NCBI GenBank assembly: GCA_031410355.1
Contig: JANNYY010000263.1
Location: 1-46,143 of the forward strand
Source: Chitinophagaceae bacterium
GTDB taxonomy: Bacteria > Bacteroidota > Bacteroidia > Chitinophagales > Chitinophagaceae
DNA length: 46,143 nucleotides
Reading direction: 5' to 3'
In this document: one piece after another, positions 1 to 9,870 of the stretch
Numbering within the stretch: position 1 is the first letter of the stretch
How the letters are laid out: every line of letters starts with the position of its first letter
The notes under the pieces: model-generated
What the model was told of the DNA's origin: nothing
The model's database searches: none
What the model saw: the letters and a program-made list of their open reading frames with translations, nothing else
Made by a program: the position numbers and the translations under genes

Positions 1-410
1 GAAATTTAATGGCCAGATCTATCCCGTTATTTGAAGCACTTGTAGAAAATGACATGCGCAAAGACCACCATTATTATTTTGGCCAGTTGGGCTATGCACT
101 AAAAGATCAAACTATTGCTGATTGGGAAAAAGCATATCAAAATTTTACTACCGCCATTGAAATAAGAGACAATAATGATCCTGAATATTTTTATGAATTT
201 AACCGTGCTATATGCAAAGTATCACTCGATGCAAATATCCAGTTATCAAAACCTTCTGAAACAGCCATACAGGATTTAATTGTAAGCGACCTGGCCTATG
301 CAAAAAGAGGAATTGGCAATAAATTTGAAAATTTGATCAACGAAGAAACAGATAACAGGAATTTAAAAAAATGGCTTAACCTGAATAAAATTAATTACCA
401 GGATCTATAG
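1..410 (+). CDS. TPR-like helical protein, C-terminal part (probably 5'-truncated by the window)
   Basis: Frame is open upstream of ATG 9 (AAT TTA ATG). TPR-like pattern YFGQLGYALKD...WEKAYQNFTTAIEI...YEFNRAIC. Confidence 0.55.
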   Translation, partial: NLMARSIPLFEALVENDMRKDHHYYFGQLGYALKDQTIADWEKAYQNFTTAIEIRDNNDPEYFYEFNRAICKVSLDANIQLSKPSETAIQDLIVSDLAYAKRGIGNKFENLINEETDNRNLKKWLNLNKINYQDL

Positions 411-420
411 AACCAGAACC

Positions 421-873
421 ATGACTACTTTTAACAGAACCGCAACTGAGAATGAAGATTTTAAAGAGCTGGTAGCCCTGCTGGATAAAGACTTAAAAAC
501 CAGGGATGGCGATGAACATACCTTTTATGCACAGTTTAATAAAATAGAAAACATACGTAGTGTTATCGTTTGTTATATTGATAAAAAGCCCATAGGCTGC
601 GGTGCGTTTAAAGAATATGGGCCGGGTAAAGCAGAAATAAAGAGAATGTTTGTGCTGCCGGAGTACCGTGGGCAGGGCATTGGGCTTAACATTTTAAAAG
701 AGTTGGAGTTATGGGCCGCCGAATTAAATTATCGCGAATGTATTTTAGAGACCGGCAAAAAGCAACCGGAAGCGATCGGCCTGTATCAAAAGGCAGGATA
801 TAGTGTCATACCAAGTTATGGGCAATATAAAAATATTGAAAACAGTGTATGCATGACAAAAATGATCTCGTAA
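421..873 (+). CDS. GNAT family N-acetyltransferase
   Basis: GCGAFK, AEIKRMFV, acetyl-CoA motif YRGQGIG, LETGKKQPEAIGLYQKAGY. Confidence 0.92.
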   Translation: MTTFNRTATENEDFKELVALLDKDLKTRDGDEHTFYAQFNKIENIRSVIVCYIDKKPIGCGAFKEYGPGKAEIKRMFVLPEYRGQGIGLNILKELELWAAELNYRECILETGKKQPEAIGLYQKAGYSVIPSYGQYKNIENSVCMTKMIS

Positions 874-1040
874 AATAGCATTTGCAAATCTACTTTCTCC
901 CGGCAGCAATCATTCCGTCTCGCACGGTTAAACTTCACTGTTTTAATTAAGAATTATTACGATACCCACATTTTTTTATCTTTATTGTTTAAATATCTTT
1001 ACTTTTAAAAATAATTCTTCAAACCACAAAAAACTACATT

Positions 1041-1505
1041 ATGAAAAAAACGATCTTGCTGCTGCTTACTTTAATTAGTCTTAAGGGATTTACCCAGGAA
1101 ATAAGCAAGGAATATGACAGGATTGGCAGAGTTACCAAGGGCATTGCCCTGGTCTGGAAAAATGGACAGGTGGGCATGATCAGGGCAAATGGCAAAGAAC
1201 TGGTTAAACCCCAGTACGATAAGATCGGCAATTTTGGAAATGATGCCATTGCCGTTACTACCAAAGATGGAAAAGTAGGATTGATCAATATGGAAGGCAA
1301 AGTGATTGCCCCCAATATCTATGAATCGATCGCCCCCTTCAAAGGCGCATATGCCATTACCAAAAAAGATGGGCTTTACGGCATGATCAACAAACAGGGA
1401 AAAGTGGTCATTAAAAATGAATACGAAAAAATAAAACTGGGTCGGTACGGCGACATAAGAGCTACAAAGCAGGGCCAGGAAATAATGCTGGATATAAAGG
1501 ATTAA
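1041..1505 (+). CDS. Secreted WG-repeat protein
   Basis: Signal peptide MKKTILLLLTLISLKGFTQ and three repeats of K(N/D)GxxG(M/L)IxxxGKxxxxxxY(D/E). Confidence 0.85.
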   Translation: MKKTILLLLTLISLKGFTQEISKEYDRIGRVTKGIALVWKNGQVGMIRANGKELVKPQYDKIGNFGNDAIAVTTKDGKVGLINMEGKVIAPNIYESIAPFKGAYAITKKDGLYGMINKQGKVVIKNEYEKIKLGRYGDIRATKQGQEIMLDIKD

Positions 1506-1540
1506 GAATACAAATACAGTTCTGCAAAAATTATACAAAT

Positions 1541-1570
1541 GCATGTTAGAGATAGCATGCTTTTTTATTT
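1541..1570 (+). terminator. Putative intrinsic terminator
   Basis: GCATGTTA-GAGA-TAGCATGC hairpin followed by TTTTTTATTT, about 35 nt after the WG-repeat gene stop. Confidence 0.6.
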
Positions 1571-1784
1571 GAGGCCGGATGTTTATTTTTACAGGGTTAA
1601 ATTGAAACCGGTTAATGTTTTAAGAGCCGTGATGATCTTATTTCTGGCATAATTATTATTGAAGATTACTAAATACTGTTTTAGCATTCGTTTAATGAAA
1701 CATCATTAATAAAGTAAAATAACAATACTGCATTGCTTAGTTTTATGATTAAATATTTCTGGCTTTTAAATCCGCAATAAAAAA

Positions 1785-4700
1785 ATGGACGATCAGGAAA
1801 TTAAATTTTCTTCGGCTGAAAAACTTCAGTTTTTGGCAGGCGGTGGCGAAATGGGCCGGCACATGCGTATAAAAGACTGGAGCAAAACCCCTGTTGGCGA
1901 TCCGGATACCTGGCCCCAGAGTTTACGCACTACACTAAGCATTATTCTAAATTCAAAATTTCCCATGTTTTTATTTTGGGGAGCCGATCTTGTTTGCTTT
2001 TATAATGATGCATACAGGCCCAGCCTGGGTAAGGAAGGGAAACACCCCGATATTTTAGGCAGCAAAGGAGAAGATTACTGGCCCGAAATATGGCATATTA
2101 TTAAACCCCTGATTGACCAGGTTTTGGGAGAAGGCCTTGCCACATGGAGCGAAAATCAACTCATTCCTATTTACCGGAACGGAACATTAGAAGATGTTTA
2201 CTGGACCTTTAGTTATAGCCCCGTACTTGATGAATCGGGTAAACCTGCCGGTGTATTTATTACCTGTGTAGAAACTACTGAAGCAGTAATAAACAGGAAT
2301 AAACTGGATGAAGGTAAAGATCAGTTACAATTTGCCATTGAATCTGCTGAACTGGCAACCTGGGATTTTAATCCTGCCACAAATAAATTTACGTCTAACA
2401 GCCGTTTAAAAGAATGGTTTGGTTTGCCCACGCAAACGGAAATTGAACTTCATCATGCTATGGATGCAATTGCTGAAAAAGACAGGGGTAGAATAACAGC
2501 GGCTATTCAAAAAAGCCTCGATTACGCTTCGGGAGGCAATTATAAAGAAGAATACAGCATTATCCATCCTGTTACACAAAAAGAAAAAATTGTACAGGCA
2601 AAGGGTAAAGCCTGGTTTAACAATGAAAAAATTGCATACCGTTTTAATGGTACAATTCAGGATGTAACAGAACAGGTAATAGCCAGGAAGAAAATAGAGG
2701 AAAGTGAAATACGCTTTAGAACCATGGCAGAAAACTCAGATATATTAATTGCTGTAAGCGATGAAACAGGAAAAGCCGTTTATTTTAATAATGCATGGGC
2801 CAAACTTACAGGAAGGCCAACCCAGCAATTACTAAATTTTGGGTGGGCCGATTTAATACATGAAGAGGACCGGCAGGGTTTTGTAGATATTTATTTAAAA
2901 GCACTTGAAAAACAAGAATCCTGGACAGGAGAATTCAGGATATTAAGCAAAGAAGGAAGCTATAAATGGATACTTGCAAAAGCGCCGCCACGTTTCAGCA
3001 TGGATGGAAACTTTGAAGGCTATATCAGCAGCAGTATTGACATTACTGAACGAAAAGAAGCTGAAGAAGCACTAAAAGCAAGTGAAAAAGAATTCCGCAA
3101 TTTAGCCAACTCTTTACCCGAACTGGTTTGGACAACAGATATAAATGGTAAACAAATCTTTGCATCAAAACGCTGGAAAGAATTTACAGGGCTTGACCCT
3201 AGTGATGAAAATACTTTTGCAGCCATCACGCATCCGGATGACCTGGAGAATGTAATAAAGGTATGGACGGAAAGCCTGCAAACAGGCAATTCTTATAAAA
3301 CAGAATTAAGAATAAAAAGTAAAGAAGGTGAATACAACTGGTTTTATGCAATGGGAAATCCTGTGAAAAATGAAAAGGGCGAAATTGAGAAATGGGTAGG
3401 CGCTTTTACCAATATCAACGACCAGAAAAAAGCTGAAGAAGAATTGGTAACTGCAATTCATAACAGTGAAGAAAGCGAACAAAGATTTCAGGCGGCTGTA
3501 CATGCTATTGAGGGAATTTTATGGACGAACAATGCAAAAGGAGAAATGGAAGGCCCGCAACCTGCATGGGAGCAACTTACCGGGCAAAACTATGAAGAAT
3601 ACCAGGGTTATGGGTGGGCAAAAGCTATTCACCCCGACGATGCACAACCTACTATTGATGCATGGGAAAAATCTGTGACGGAAAATAAAAATTTTATTTT
3701 TCAACACAGGGTTCTTAAAAAAAATGGCGAATACGGTACATTTTCTATCCGGGGCATTCCATTATTTAATAAAAACGGAACGGTTAGAGAATGGGTTGGT
3801 GTTCATACTGATATTACCATTCAACAAAAAGCATTTCAAAAAATAGAAGAGAGCGAAAAAAGATTTAAAAAAATTGCTGATCATGCACCGGTATTGATCA
3901 GGTTAACGGGTGTTGATAAACTTACCTCCTGGTTTAATAAAGCCTGGTTAAGCTTTAGGGGCCGTACCATGGAAGAGGAATTAAATAATGGGTGGAGAGA
4001 AGGATTATATCCTGAAGACGTGCAAAAATTTCTTGACATTTATAATGCCGCATTTGACAACAGGCAGGAATTTTACGTAGAGTACAGGCTTAAGCGCCAT
4101 GATGGACAATATCGCTGGATATCGCATCATGGAGCCCCCCGTTTTACAACCGACGGAAACTTTGAAGGTTATATTGGAGCCTGCATGGATATACATGAAC
4201 AAATCATGTATAAAGACCACCTGGAAGCCAATGAAGAAAAATTAAATATAGTGATAGAGGCCAGTGAACTGGGCACCTGGGAACTGGATTTAAAAACAAA
4301 ACAGCCCACCTATTCCGATCGTTATCTTGAAATACTGGGCTATCCAAAAAACAAAAAGCTATCGCATGCCGAATTGCTTACACATTTACATCCGGATGAT
4401 CTTTTTGTAAGGGAAAAAGCATTTAAGACAGCAGTTCAAACAGGTTCATTGTATTACCAGTCAAGAGTTTTGTGGAACGATAATTCGGTTCATTGGTTTG
4501 AGGCAAAGGGAAAAGTATTTTATGATGAACTACACAAGCCGGTAAAAATGATTGGCACCATCCGGGATATTACTGATGAAAAAAAGTATAACCAGGACCT
4601 GGAAGAAAGAGAACAAAAATTCAGGATACTGGCAGATTTTATGCCCCAGTTTGTGTGGACAGGCGATGCAAAGGGAAATTTAAATTATTTTAACCAGGCA

Positions 4701-5648
4701 GTATATAATTATTCGGGGCTTAGTGCTGAAAAAATTGAAAAAGATGGCTGGCTGCAGATCGTTCATCCTGATGAACGGGAGGAAAATATAACCGCCTGGA
4801 TAAAGGCAGTTACGGAAGGAAGCGATTTTATTTTTGAACACCGCTTTAAAAGATATGATGGAATTTACCGCTGGCAATTAAGCAGGGCCATACCCCAAAG
4901 AGATAGTAATGGCAACATTCAGATGTGGGTAGGCACCAGTACAGATATCCAGGACATTAAAGAACAGGATCAGCAAAAAGATTACTTCATAAGCATGGCC
5001 AGCCATGAACTGAAAACACCCGTTACGTCAATTAAAGGTTATGTACAGATCTTACAAAGTATGTATGCTAAAAGTGAAGATTCTTTTCTTCAGAATTCGC
5101 TGAAGGTTGTTGACAAACAAATTATCACACTTACTAAACTGATCTCCGAACTGCTGGATATTTCAAAGATCAAATCGGGCGGACTGGATTTTGATAAAGA
5201 AGATTTTGAAATAACCGGCCTGGTATATGAAATTGTGAATGAGATCAAACATATTAATCCGGGTTATAACATTCCGGTATCAGCAACTGGTAAAGTAATG
5301 GTAAATGGCGACCGGCACCGGATAGGCCAGGTATTGATAAATTTTTTGACCAATGCGGTTAAGTATGCCCCGCATTCCAATACAATTCATGTTACCAGCG
5401 TGGTAGAAAATGATAAGGTAGTTATATCGGTAGAAGATTCAGGCATTGGTATCAGCAAAAAAGACCAGGAAAGAATATTTGAACGTTTTTACCGGGTAGA
5501 AGGAAAAAATGAAAAAACATTTCCGGGTTTTGGCATCGGGCTGTTTATTGCATCGGAAATAATCAGGAGGCATAATGGAAAAATCAATGTAATAAGTGAA
5601 CCCGGCAAGGGATCAGTTTTTTCTTTTTTATTGCCGGTTAATGTGTAA
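1785..5648 (+). CDS. Cytoplasmic multi-PAS sensor histidine kinase (about 8 PAS/PAC modules + HisKA + HATPase)
   Basis: Repeated RF..LA...P..VW / HPDD / W.G...DI modules. H-box SMASHELKTP, N-box INFLTNAVKY, G1 DSGIGI, G2 GFGIGL. No TM segment seen. Confidence 0.95.
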   Translation: MDDQEIKFSSAEKLQFLAGGGEMGRHMRIKDWSKTPVGDPDTWPQSLRTTLSIILNSKFPMFLFWGADLVCFYNDAYRPSLGKEGKHPDILGSKGEDYWPEIWHIIKPLIDQVLGEGLATWSENQLIPIYRNGTLEDVYWTFSYSPVLDESGKPAGVFITCVETTEAVINRNKLDEGKDQLQFAIESAELATWDFNPATNKFTSNSRLKEWFGLPTQTEIELHHAMDAIAEKDRGRITAAIQKSLDYASGGNYKEEYSIIHPVTQKEKIVQAKGKAWFNNEKIAYRFNGTIQDVTEQVIARKKIEESEIRFRTMAENSDILIAVSDETGKAVYFNNAWAKLTGRPTQQLLNFGWADLIHEEDRQGFVDIYLKALEKQESWTGEFRILSKEGSYKWILAKAPPRFSMDGNFEGYISSSIDITERKEAEEALKASEKEFRNLANSLPELVWTTDINGKQIFASKRWKEFTGLDPSDENTFAAITHPDDLENVIKVWTESLQTGNSYKTELRIKSKEGEYNWFYAMGNPVKNEKGEIEKWVGAFTNINDQKKAEEELVTAIHNSEESEQRFQAAVHAIEGILWTNNAKGEMEGPQPAWEQLTGQNYEEYQGYGWAKAIHPDDAQPTIDAWEKSVTENKNFIFQHRVLKKNGEYGTFSIRGIPLFNKNGTVREWVGVHTDITIQQKAFQKIEESEKRFKKIADHAPVLIRLTGVDKLTSWFNKAWLSFRGRTMEEELNNGWREGLYPEDVQKFLDIYNAAFDNRQEFYVEYRLKRHDGQYRWISHHGAPRFTTDGNFEGYIGACMDIHEQIMYKDHLEANEEKLNIVIEASELGTWELDLKTKQPTYSDRYLEILGYPKNKKLSHAELLTHLHPDDLFVREKAFKTAVQTGSLYYQSRVLWNDNSVHWFEAKGKVFYDELHKPVKMIGTIRDITDEKKYNQDLEEREQKFRILADFMPQFVWTGDAKGNLNYFNQAVYNYSGLSAEKIEKDGWLQIVHPDEREENITAWIKAVTEGSDFIFEHRFKRYDGIYRWQLSRAIPQRDSNGNIQMWVGTSTDIQDIKEQDQQKDYFISMASHELKTPVTSIKGYVQILQSMYAKSEDSFLQNSLKVVDKQIITLTKLISELLDISKIKSGGLDFDKEDFEITGLVYEIVNEIKHINPGYNIPVSATGKVMVNGDRHRIGQVLINFLTNAVKYAPHSNTIHVTSVVENDKVVISVEDSGIGISKKDQERIFERFYRVEGKNEKTFPGFGIGLFIASEIIRRHNGKINVISEPGKGSVFSFLLPVNV

Positions 5649-5658
5649 ACATTTATGT

Positions 5659-6039
5659 ATGAATGAAGATAAGCCACATATTTTGATCATTGAGGATAAT
5701 GAAGACATTATGAACATGCTTACAGCCATGCTCCAAATGAAGGGATATAAAGTTTCTACCAAACTGGATCATTTTGATATAGAATCTTCAATAAAAGAAC
5801 TTGCTCCTGATTTAATTTTAATGGATATGCTTTTGTCGGGTTTTGATGGCCGGGAAATTTGTAAACTGCTTAAAGCGCATCACGATGGGTTAGCTAAAAT
5901 TCCGGTAATTATGATCTCGGCACATCCAAATGCAAAAAAAGAATGTTTAGAAGCGGGTGCCGATTATTTTTTAGAAAAACCATTTGACATGGATGTGTTT
6001 TTTAAAGTGATTGAAAAAGCTTTACAGGAGACAAATTAA
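5659..6039 (+). CDS. Single-domain response regulator (CheY-like receiver)
   Basis: ILIIEDN, PDLILMDMLL (phosphoacceptor Asp), MISA, EKPF. Start placed at ATG 5659 (MNEDKP) rather than 5596, which lies inside the kinase. Confidence 0.92.
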   Translation: MNEDKPHILIIEDNEDIMNMLTAMLQMKGYKVSTKLDHFDIESSIKELAPDLILMDMLLSGFDGREICKLLKAHHDGLAKIPVIMISAHPNAKKECLEAGADYFLEKPFDMDVFFKVIEKALQETN

Positions 6040-6066
6040 TTTGTTGCATTCCCCCCCAAAAAAAAA

Positions 6067-7689
6067 TTACAGCTCTGCAGCAATTTTAGTTTTTGCCGTT
6101 ATTTTATTTTTAAACCGGTCCTTCAGTTTATTGATGGGCTTCTCAATTAATTTCCAGGAGAGTATGCAAATCAATATTAAAAAAGAAAAATGCTGAATAA
6201 ATAACCAGGCTGGTTTAATTACCCCCGGTATTGCTTTATTATAAAGCAGGTCAATATTCCAGGAAGCAAATTTGTTGATTATCCATCCCCATAGCTCAGG
6301 TATAAAGAGATGGTATAGATAAACCCCATAACTGATTTTGCCGATGCGGATAAGCCATTTATTATTGAGGATGAAATTCACAAACCGGTTACTATTTTTA
6401 AACATGCAATAGTAAATTATTGAAATAGCCAGCAATGCATGAACCGTACGGTTGGGTAAAAAAGAGTACTCAAAAACACTAGCAATAAATAACAATAAAA
6501 TAATTATGCATATCCATTTAAATTTTGGTTGTACCTGTTCAATAACATCAGGCCGGTAAGCTATAACCCACGACAGCATTGCACCAATAGCAAATGCATC
6601 AAAGCAAGCAGGGGTAAATATTTGAACCCAAAAATCATTTGTCTTAAAAATATAATTCGAAGAAATACCTGCCACGATAAACAGTACAATTAGATAGGGC
6701 AAATATTTTTTATTGACCAGGATGACGAGCCAGGGCCAGAATATGTAAAATTGCTCTTCCACAGCAAGCGACCATAAATGTGCCAGCCGGGCAGGAAAAA
6801 ACTGTTCAGCATAAAATAAATAATTGGAGGTATAGGTAAAATAATAAATGCCGTCTTCTTTAATGGCAGGATCATTTATTATCCAGAAAATAATCAGCAA
6901 CAGGTAATAAATTGGAAATATTCTAAGTGTTCGCCTGATATAAAAGTTCCTGAATATTGTTGATTTTTTAAGTCCCTCTTCTTCTGACTGGATTTTAGCT
7001 CTTAATAAAATGCCGGTAATAAGAAACCCGCTTAGTACAAAAAATATATTTACCCCAAGTGGCCCATTGGGTAAAAAATTAAGTAGTCTGTTTTTGCTAA
7101 ACCAGTGATGAACAATTACCAACAATACCGCTATAGCCCTGATGCTGTCAAACTGGGGTACATATTTATTTGTATTGTGCCCAGACCGGTTTGCAGTATC
7201 CACTTTCTTATTCCTGTTCGTGTAATAAAATAATAATAAGGGAACAAACCCTGCAAGGAAAATAAAATAACCCGGTCGTAGAATCCCTGGGTCATTAAAA
7301 TTAGTGATAAAATATTTTCTGTCATTTCCACCAGCATCCCATATAGCTGTAGTGTTTCCATTTTTATCTTTTGTTTGAACCATCCAGTAATTCAAGATAG
7401 TATTGTAAGGCAATTTTAGCTTTATGGCATATCGGTTATTCGATGTCCCCATTTTAGTATAAACCAAACTATCTTTTTCAACGGAATTCAGGGGCCAGAG
7501 ATCTTTGGGGGGCATTTGCAAATAATTAATTCCCCAAGCCATATATACTTCCGAAGCAGTGTTTGAAGTATAGCTGATTTCCTTCTCAATTATTTGCCTG
7601 CTTTGAATCTGTGTACTTATATAATAAGCCACGTAGCAGCAAACGAAAATTGCCAGGTATGGAAGAGCCTTTTTTAAAATAGTGTTCAT
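6067..7689 (-). CDS. Acyltransferase-3 (OafA-like) membrane O-acyltransferase with extra N-terminal TM-flanked domain
   Basis: FDSIRAIAVLLVIVHH, GVNIFFVLSGFLIT, FYIRRTLRIFP, HLWSLAVEEQFY, GKISYGVYLYH, SWKLIEKP. Confidence 0.9.
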   Translation of the reverse strand: MNTILKKALPYLAIFVCCYVAYYISTQIQSRQIIEKEISYTSNTASEVYMAWGINYLQMPPKDLWPLNSVEKDSLVYTKMGTSNNRYAIKLKLPYNTILNYWMVQTKDKNGNTTAIWDAGGNDRKYFITNFNDPGILRPGYFIFLAGFVPLLLFYYTNRNKKVDTANRSGHNTNKYVPQFDSIRAIAVLLVIVHHWFSKNRLLNFLPNGPLGVNIFFVLSGFLITGILLRAKIQSEEEGLKKSTIFRNFYIRRTLRIFPIYYLLLIIFWIINDPAIKEDGIYYFTYTSNYLFYAEQFFPARLAHLWSLAVEEQFYIFWPWLVILVNKKYLPYLIVLFIVAGISSNYIFKTNDFWVQIFTPACFDAFAIGAMLSWVIAYRPDVIEQVQPKFKWICIIILLLFIASVFEYSFLPNRTVHALLAISIIYYCMFKNSNRFVNFILNNKWLIRIGKISYGVYLYHLFIPELWGWIINKFASWNIDLLYNKAIPGVIKPAWLFIQHFSFLILICILSWKLIEKPINKLKDRFKNKITAKTKIAAEL

Positions 7690-7716
7690 ATAAAACGGGG
7701 AGGCCTTGTTAAATAT

Positions 7717-8859
7717 TTAAATTAACCTGCTTAGCATCGAACCAATTACTTTATCTGAATGAAAATATGCTTCAGCCAGGTCCCTTGCATAATTACAATG
7801 CTTTGCATATTCACTATTTATTATTTCAATAGCTTCCAATGCAACAGCAGGAGATTGGAAGGCAAATAATCCTTTACCTGTTTCAATAACCTGGGAGAAT
7901 CCTGTATCCTGTAAAACTACCGGCCTCCCGCTGGCCAGGTACCCTGCACTTCTTTCACTGAACCATCCGCTGTTGCTAATAACATACCCATGCTTGGCAA
8001 CACTGAATTCCCCTTTGGATTGTTGCAGGTACTGCTGAAAGCTTTCTGCTGTAAGCGTAGCGGAAAGCGGGTTAACTATCTTCCATCCTGCATTTTCTAA
8101 TTTCTCCAGAGGCGTTGTATCACCGCCAACTGCCAACTCAAAACCTTCCTCCACTTTTTTCGGCAAATCAAAGTAAGCATCAAAAGAGGCTGATTTCATA
8201 CCGTAAATAATGCCATTATATGGCCTGGTCTTATAACTGTCCCATTGCATTACAGTCGTCCAGTTTGCGCCAACCTGCGGTTCTGTAATTTTCCATGCAT
8301 CTAAAAAAACGGGCTGGCGTGTTGGTTTCCAGTTAAAGCCGTCATCAGGAATGCTGCACCCCTCCTTCCCAAAATTTTCACCAAAAGAAAAATAATGCGT
8401 ATGGTTTTTTGCTATGTTCCTGTATCGTTCATTTTCAATATGCCTGATCTGGGTAAAAGCCGGATCAGTATCAATTAAAATACGGGCAGGTATTTTTGCC
8501 CACCAATCCCTTAAAGGATTAACATTGGAAATATTGATAACCATTTCAGCAGTCCTGCAAAAATCCATCACCTTATTTTTATCCATGCCAAACCAACAAT
8601 TGGTATGCTCATCATAATAAGCCCAGCTATTTTCAAGTTGATGGTTTTTAAATAAGGCCGTAATAAAATTGATCCCGTAAGCAGGGTCAGTAGTGGTTTC
8701 AAAAATTTCAGGATCATAGCAGCCGGGATAATTATCACTGTCTTCTAAAAATAGTACCTGGTGCCCCAATTGCCGCAGCCCAAGCACATATTGTAAGTAA
8801 TGCCAGCACAACCCGCCCAACGGGCCACGAATGATATATCCTAAAACAACGATCCTCAT
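7717..8859 (-). CDS. Putative GT-B fold glycosyltransferase-like protein (paralog B)
   Basis: N-terminal GGLCWHYLQYVLGLRQLGHQV. C-terminal GWFSERSAGYLASGRPVVLQDTGF resembles the GT-B nucleotide-sugar-binding region. Confidence 0.7.
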   Translation of the reverse strand: MRIVVLGYIIRGPLGGLCWHYLQYVLGLRQLGHQVLFLEDSDNYPGCYDPEIFETTTDPAYGINFITALFKNHQLENSWAYYDEHTNCWFGMDKNKVMDFCRTAEMVINISNVNPLRDWWAKIPARILIDTDPAFTQIRHIENERYRNIAKNHTHYFSFGENFGKEGCSIPDDGFNWKPTRQPVFLDAWKITEPQVGANWTTVMQWDSYKTRPYNGIIYGMKSASFDAYFDLPKKVEEGFELAVGGDTTPLEKLENAGWKIVNPLSATLTAESFQQYLQQSKGEFSVAKHGYVISNSGWFSERSAGYLASGRPVVLQDTGFSQVIETGKGLFAFQSPAVALEAIEIINSEYAKHCNYARDLAEAYFHSDKVIGSMLSRLI

Positions 8860-8874
8860 AAAAATTATTATTAT

Positions 8875-9837
8875 TTAAACACAGCCCGCCCGTTTTGCCA
8901 AACTTAGTAACTCTTTGTATACTTTCCTGTTTTTTAACCATTGTCCCAGATCAAAATCCCTCTCATGAGCAATCCATCTAAAATGAAAATAAATTGCGGC
9001 TAACAATAATCTTTTTTCAAACAACTCCTTTGAAAAAGTACCAGCGGGCCACCGAATGGATATATATGCCTCTTTAGCCTGCTCTGCAGCAACCGCTTTC
9101 CAGCCATCGATCAAGCTTGCCAAATCAATTTCTCCCGCCCCTACTGCGGTTGACTCCCAGTCGATCGGATAAACTTTGTTATTATTTATCAGGATGTTTT
9201 TGGGATAATATTCTCCATGAATAACAGTGTTCATTCCTTCTAAAATATGTACGTTTTCTAGAAAATAATTACACATATTGGCTACCCATGCATATTTCTC
9301 GTCTGCCTCTTTTGCTTTGCCCTTAACCCGGTTCACCCATAAACAATAATAGTCCTTATCATAATTGATTAAAAAAGCAGGAGATCTTTGTTCATACAGA
9401 TTATGAAAATGAGCTATCCACACAGCAGCTTCTTTCAGTAATTTTTCAGGTTCATCTGTTTCAAACAGGCGAACACTGTCCTGGAGATACTCAAGAATAA
9501 GAACGGTTTCATTGTTGTTTAAAAAAAAACAGTTACCATAAAATACAGGCACGGTTAAAGGTATATTACCAAGCACTTCACTATATACCCGGCATTCATA
9601 TTCTACCCCTCCCCGATGGCCAAAATTGTTTGGCCCCTGTCCTCCTGAATATTTACAGAAAAGATTAACTACCCGCCCGCCCGTTAACTTACAGGTAATT
9701 ATTTCAACAGGAAAAGTGCTTGTATCGATAAAAGCATTGCGGGAGATTATTTCAACCGGGCCGGGCGAAATTTCTCTTTTATATATCAAAGTTGATAAAT
9801 GCTTTTCGAGGGCAGCAGTATCGGGTAATTTATTCAT
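8875..9837 (-). CDS. APH/choline-kinase-like phosphotransferase
   Basis: Brenner-type motif variant VIHGEYYPKNIL and metal-binding IDWE, followed by GEIDLASL. Confidence 0.8.
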   Translation of the reverse strand: MNKLPDTAALEKHLSTLIYKREISPGPVEIISRNAFIDTSTFPVEIITCKLTGGRVVNLFCKYSGGQGPNNFGHRGGVEYECRVYSEVLGNIPLTVPVFYGNCFFLNNNETVLILEYLQDSVRLFETDEPEKLLKEAAVWIAHFHNLYEQRSPAFLINYDKDYYCLWVNRVKGKAKEADEKYAWVANMCNYFLENVHILEGMNTVIHGEYYPKNILINNNKVYPIDWESTAVGAGEIDLASLIDGWKAVAAEQAKEAYISIRWPAGTFSKELFEKRLLLAAIYFHFRWIAHERDFDLGQWLKNRKVYKELLSLAKRAGCV

Positions 9838-9870
9838 GCTTTGTATGATAAAATATTAGCCTGGCGAAAA

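Noticed and set aside
6050-6066. C/A homopolymer run as a phase-variation tract
   Set aside because: It lies between two convergent stop codons, so slippage would not alter a reading frame or promoter.
8875-9837. Aminoglycoside resistance gene
   Set aside because: Only a fold-level resemblance. It is embedded in a glycan operon and has a non-canonical catalytic motif.
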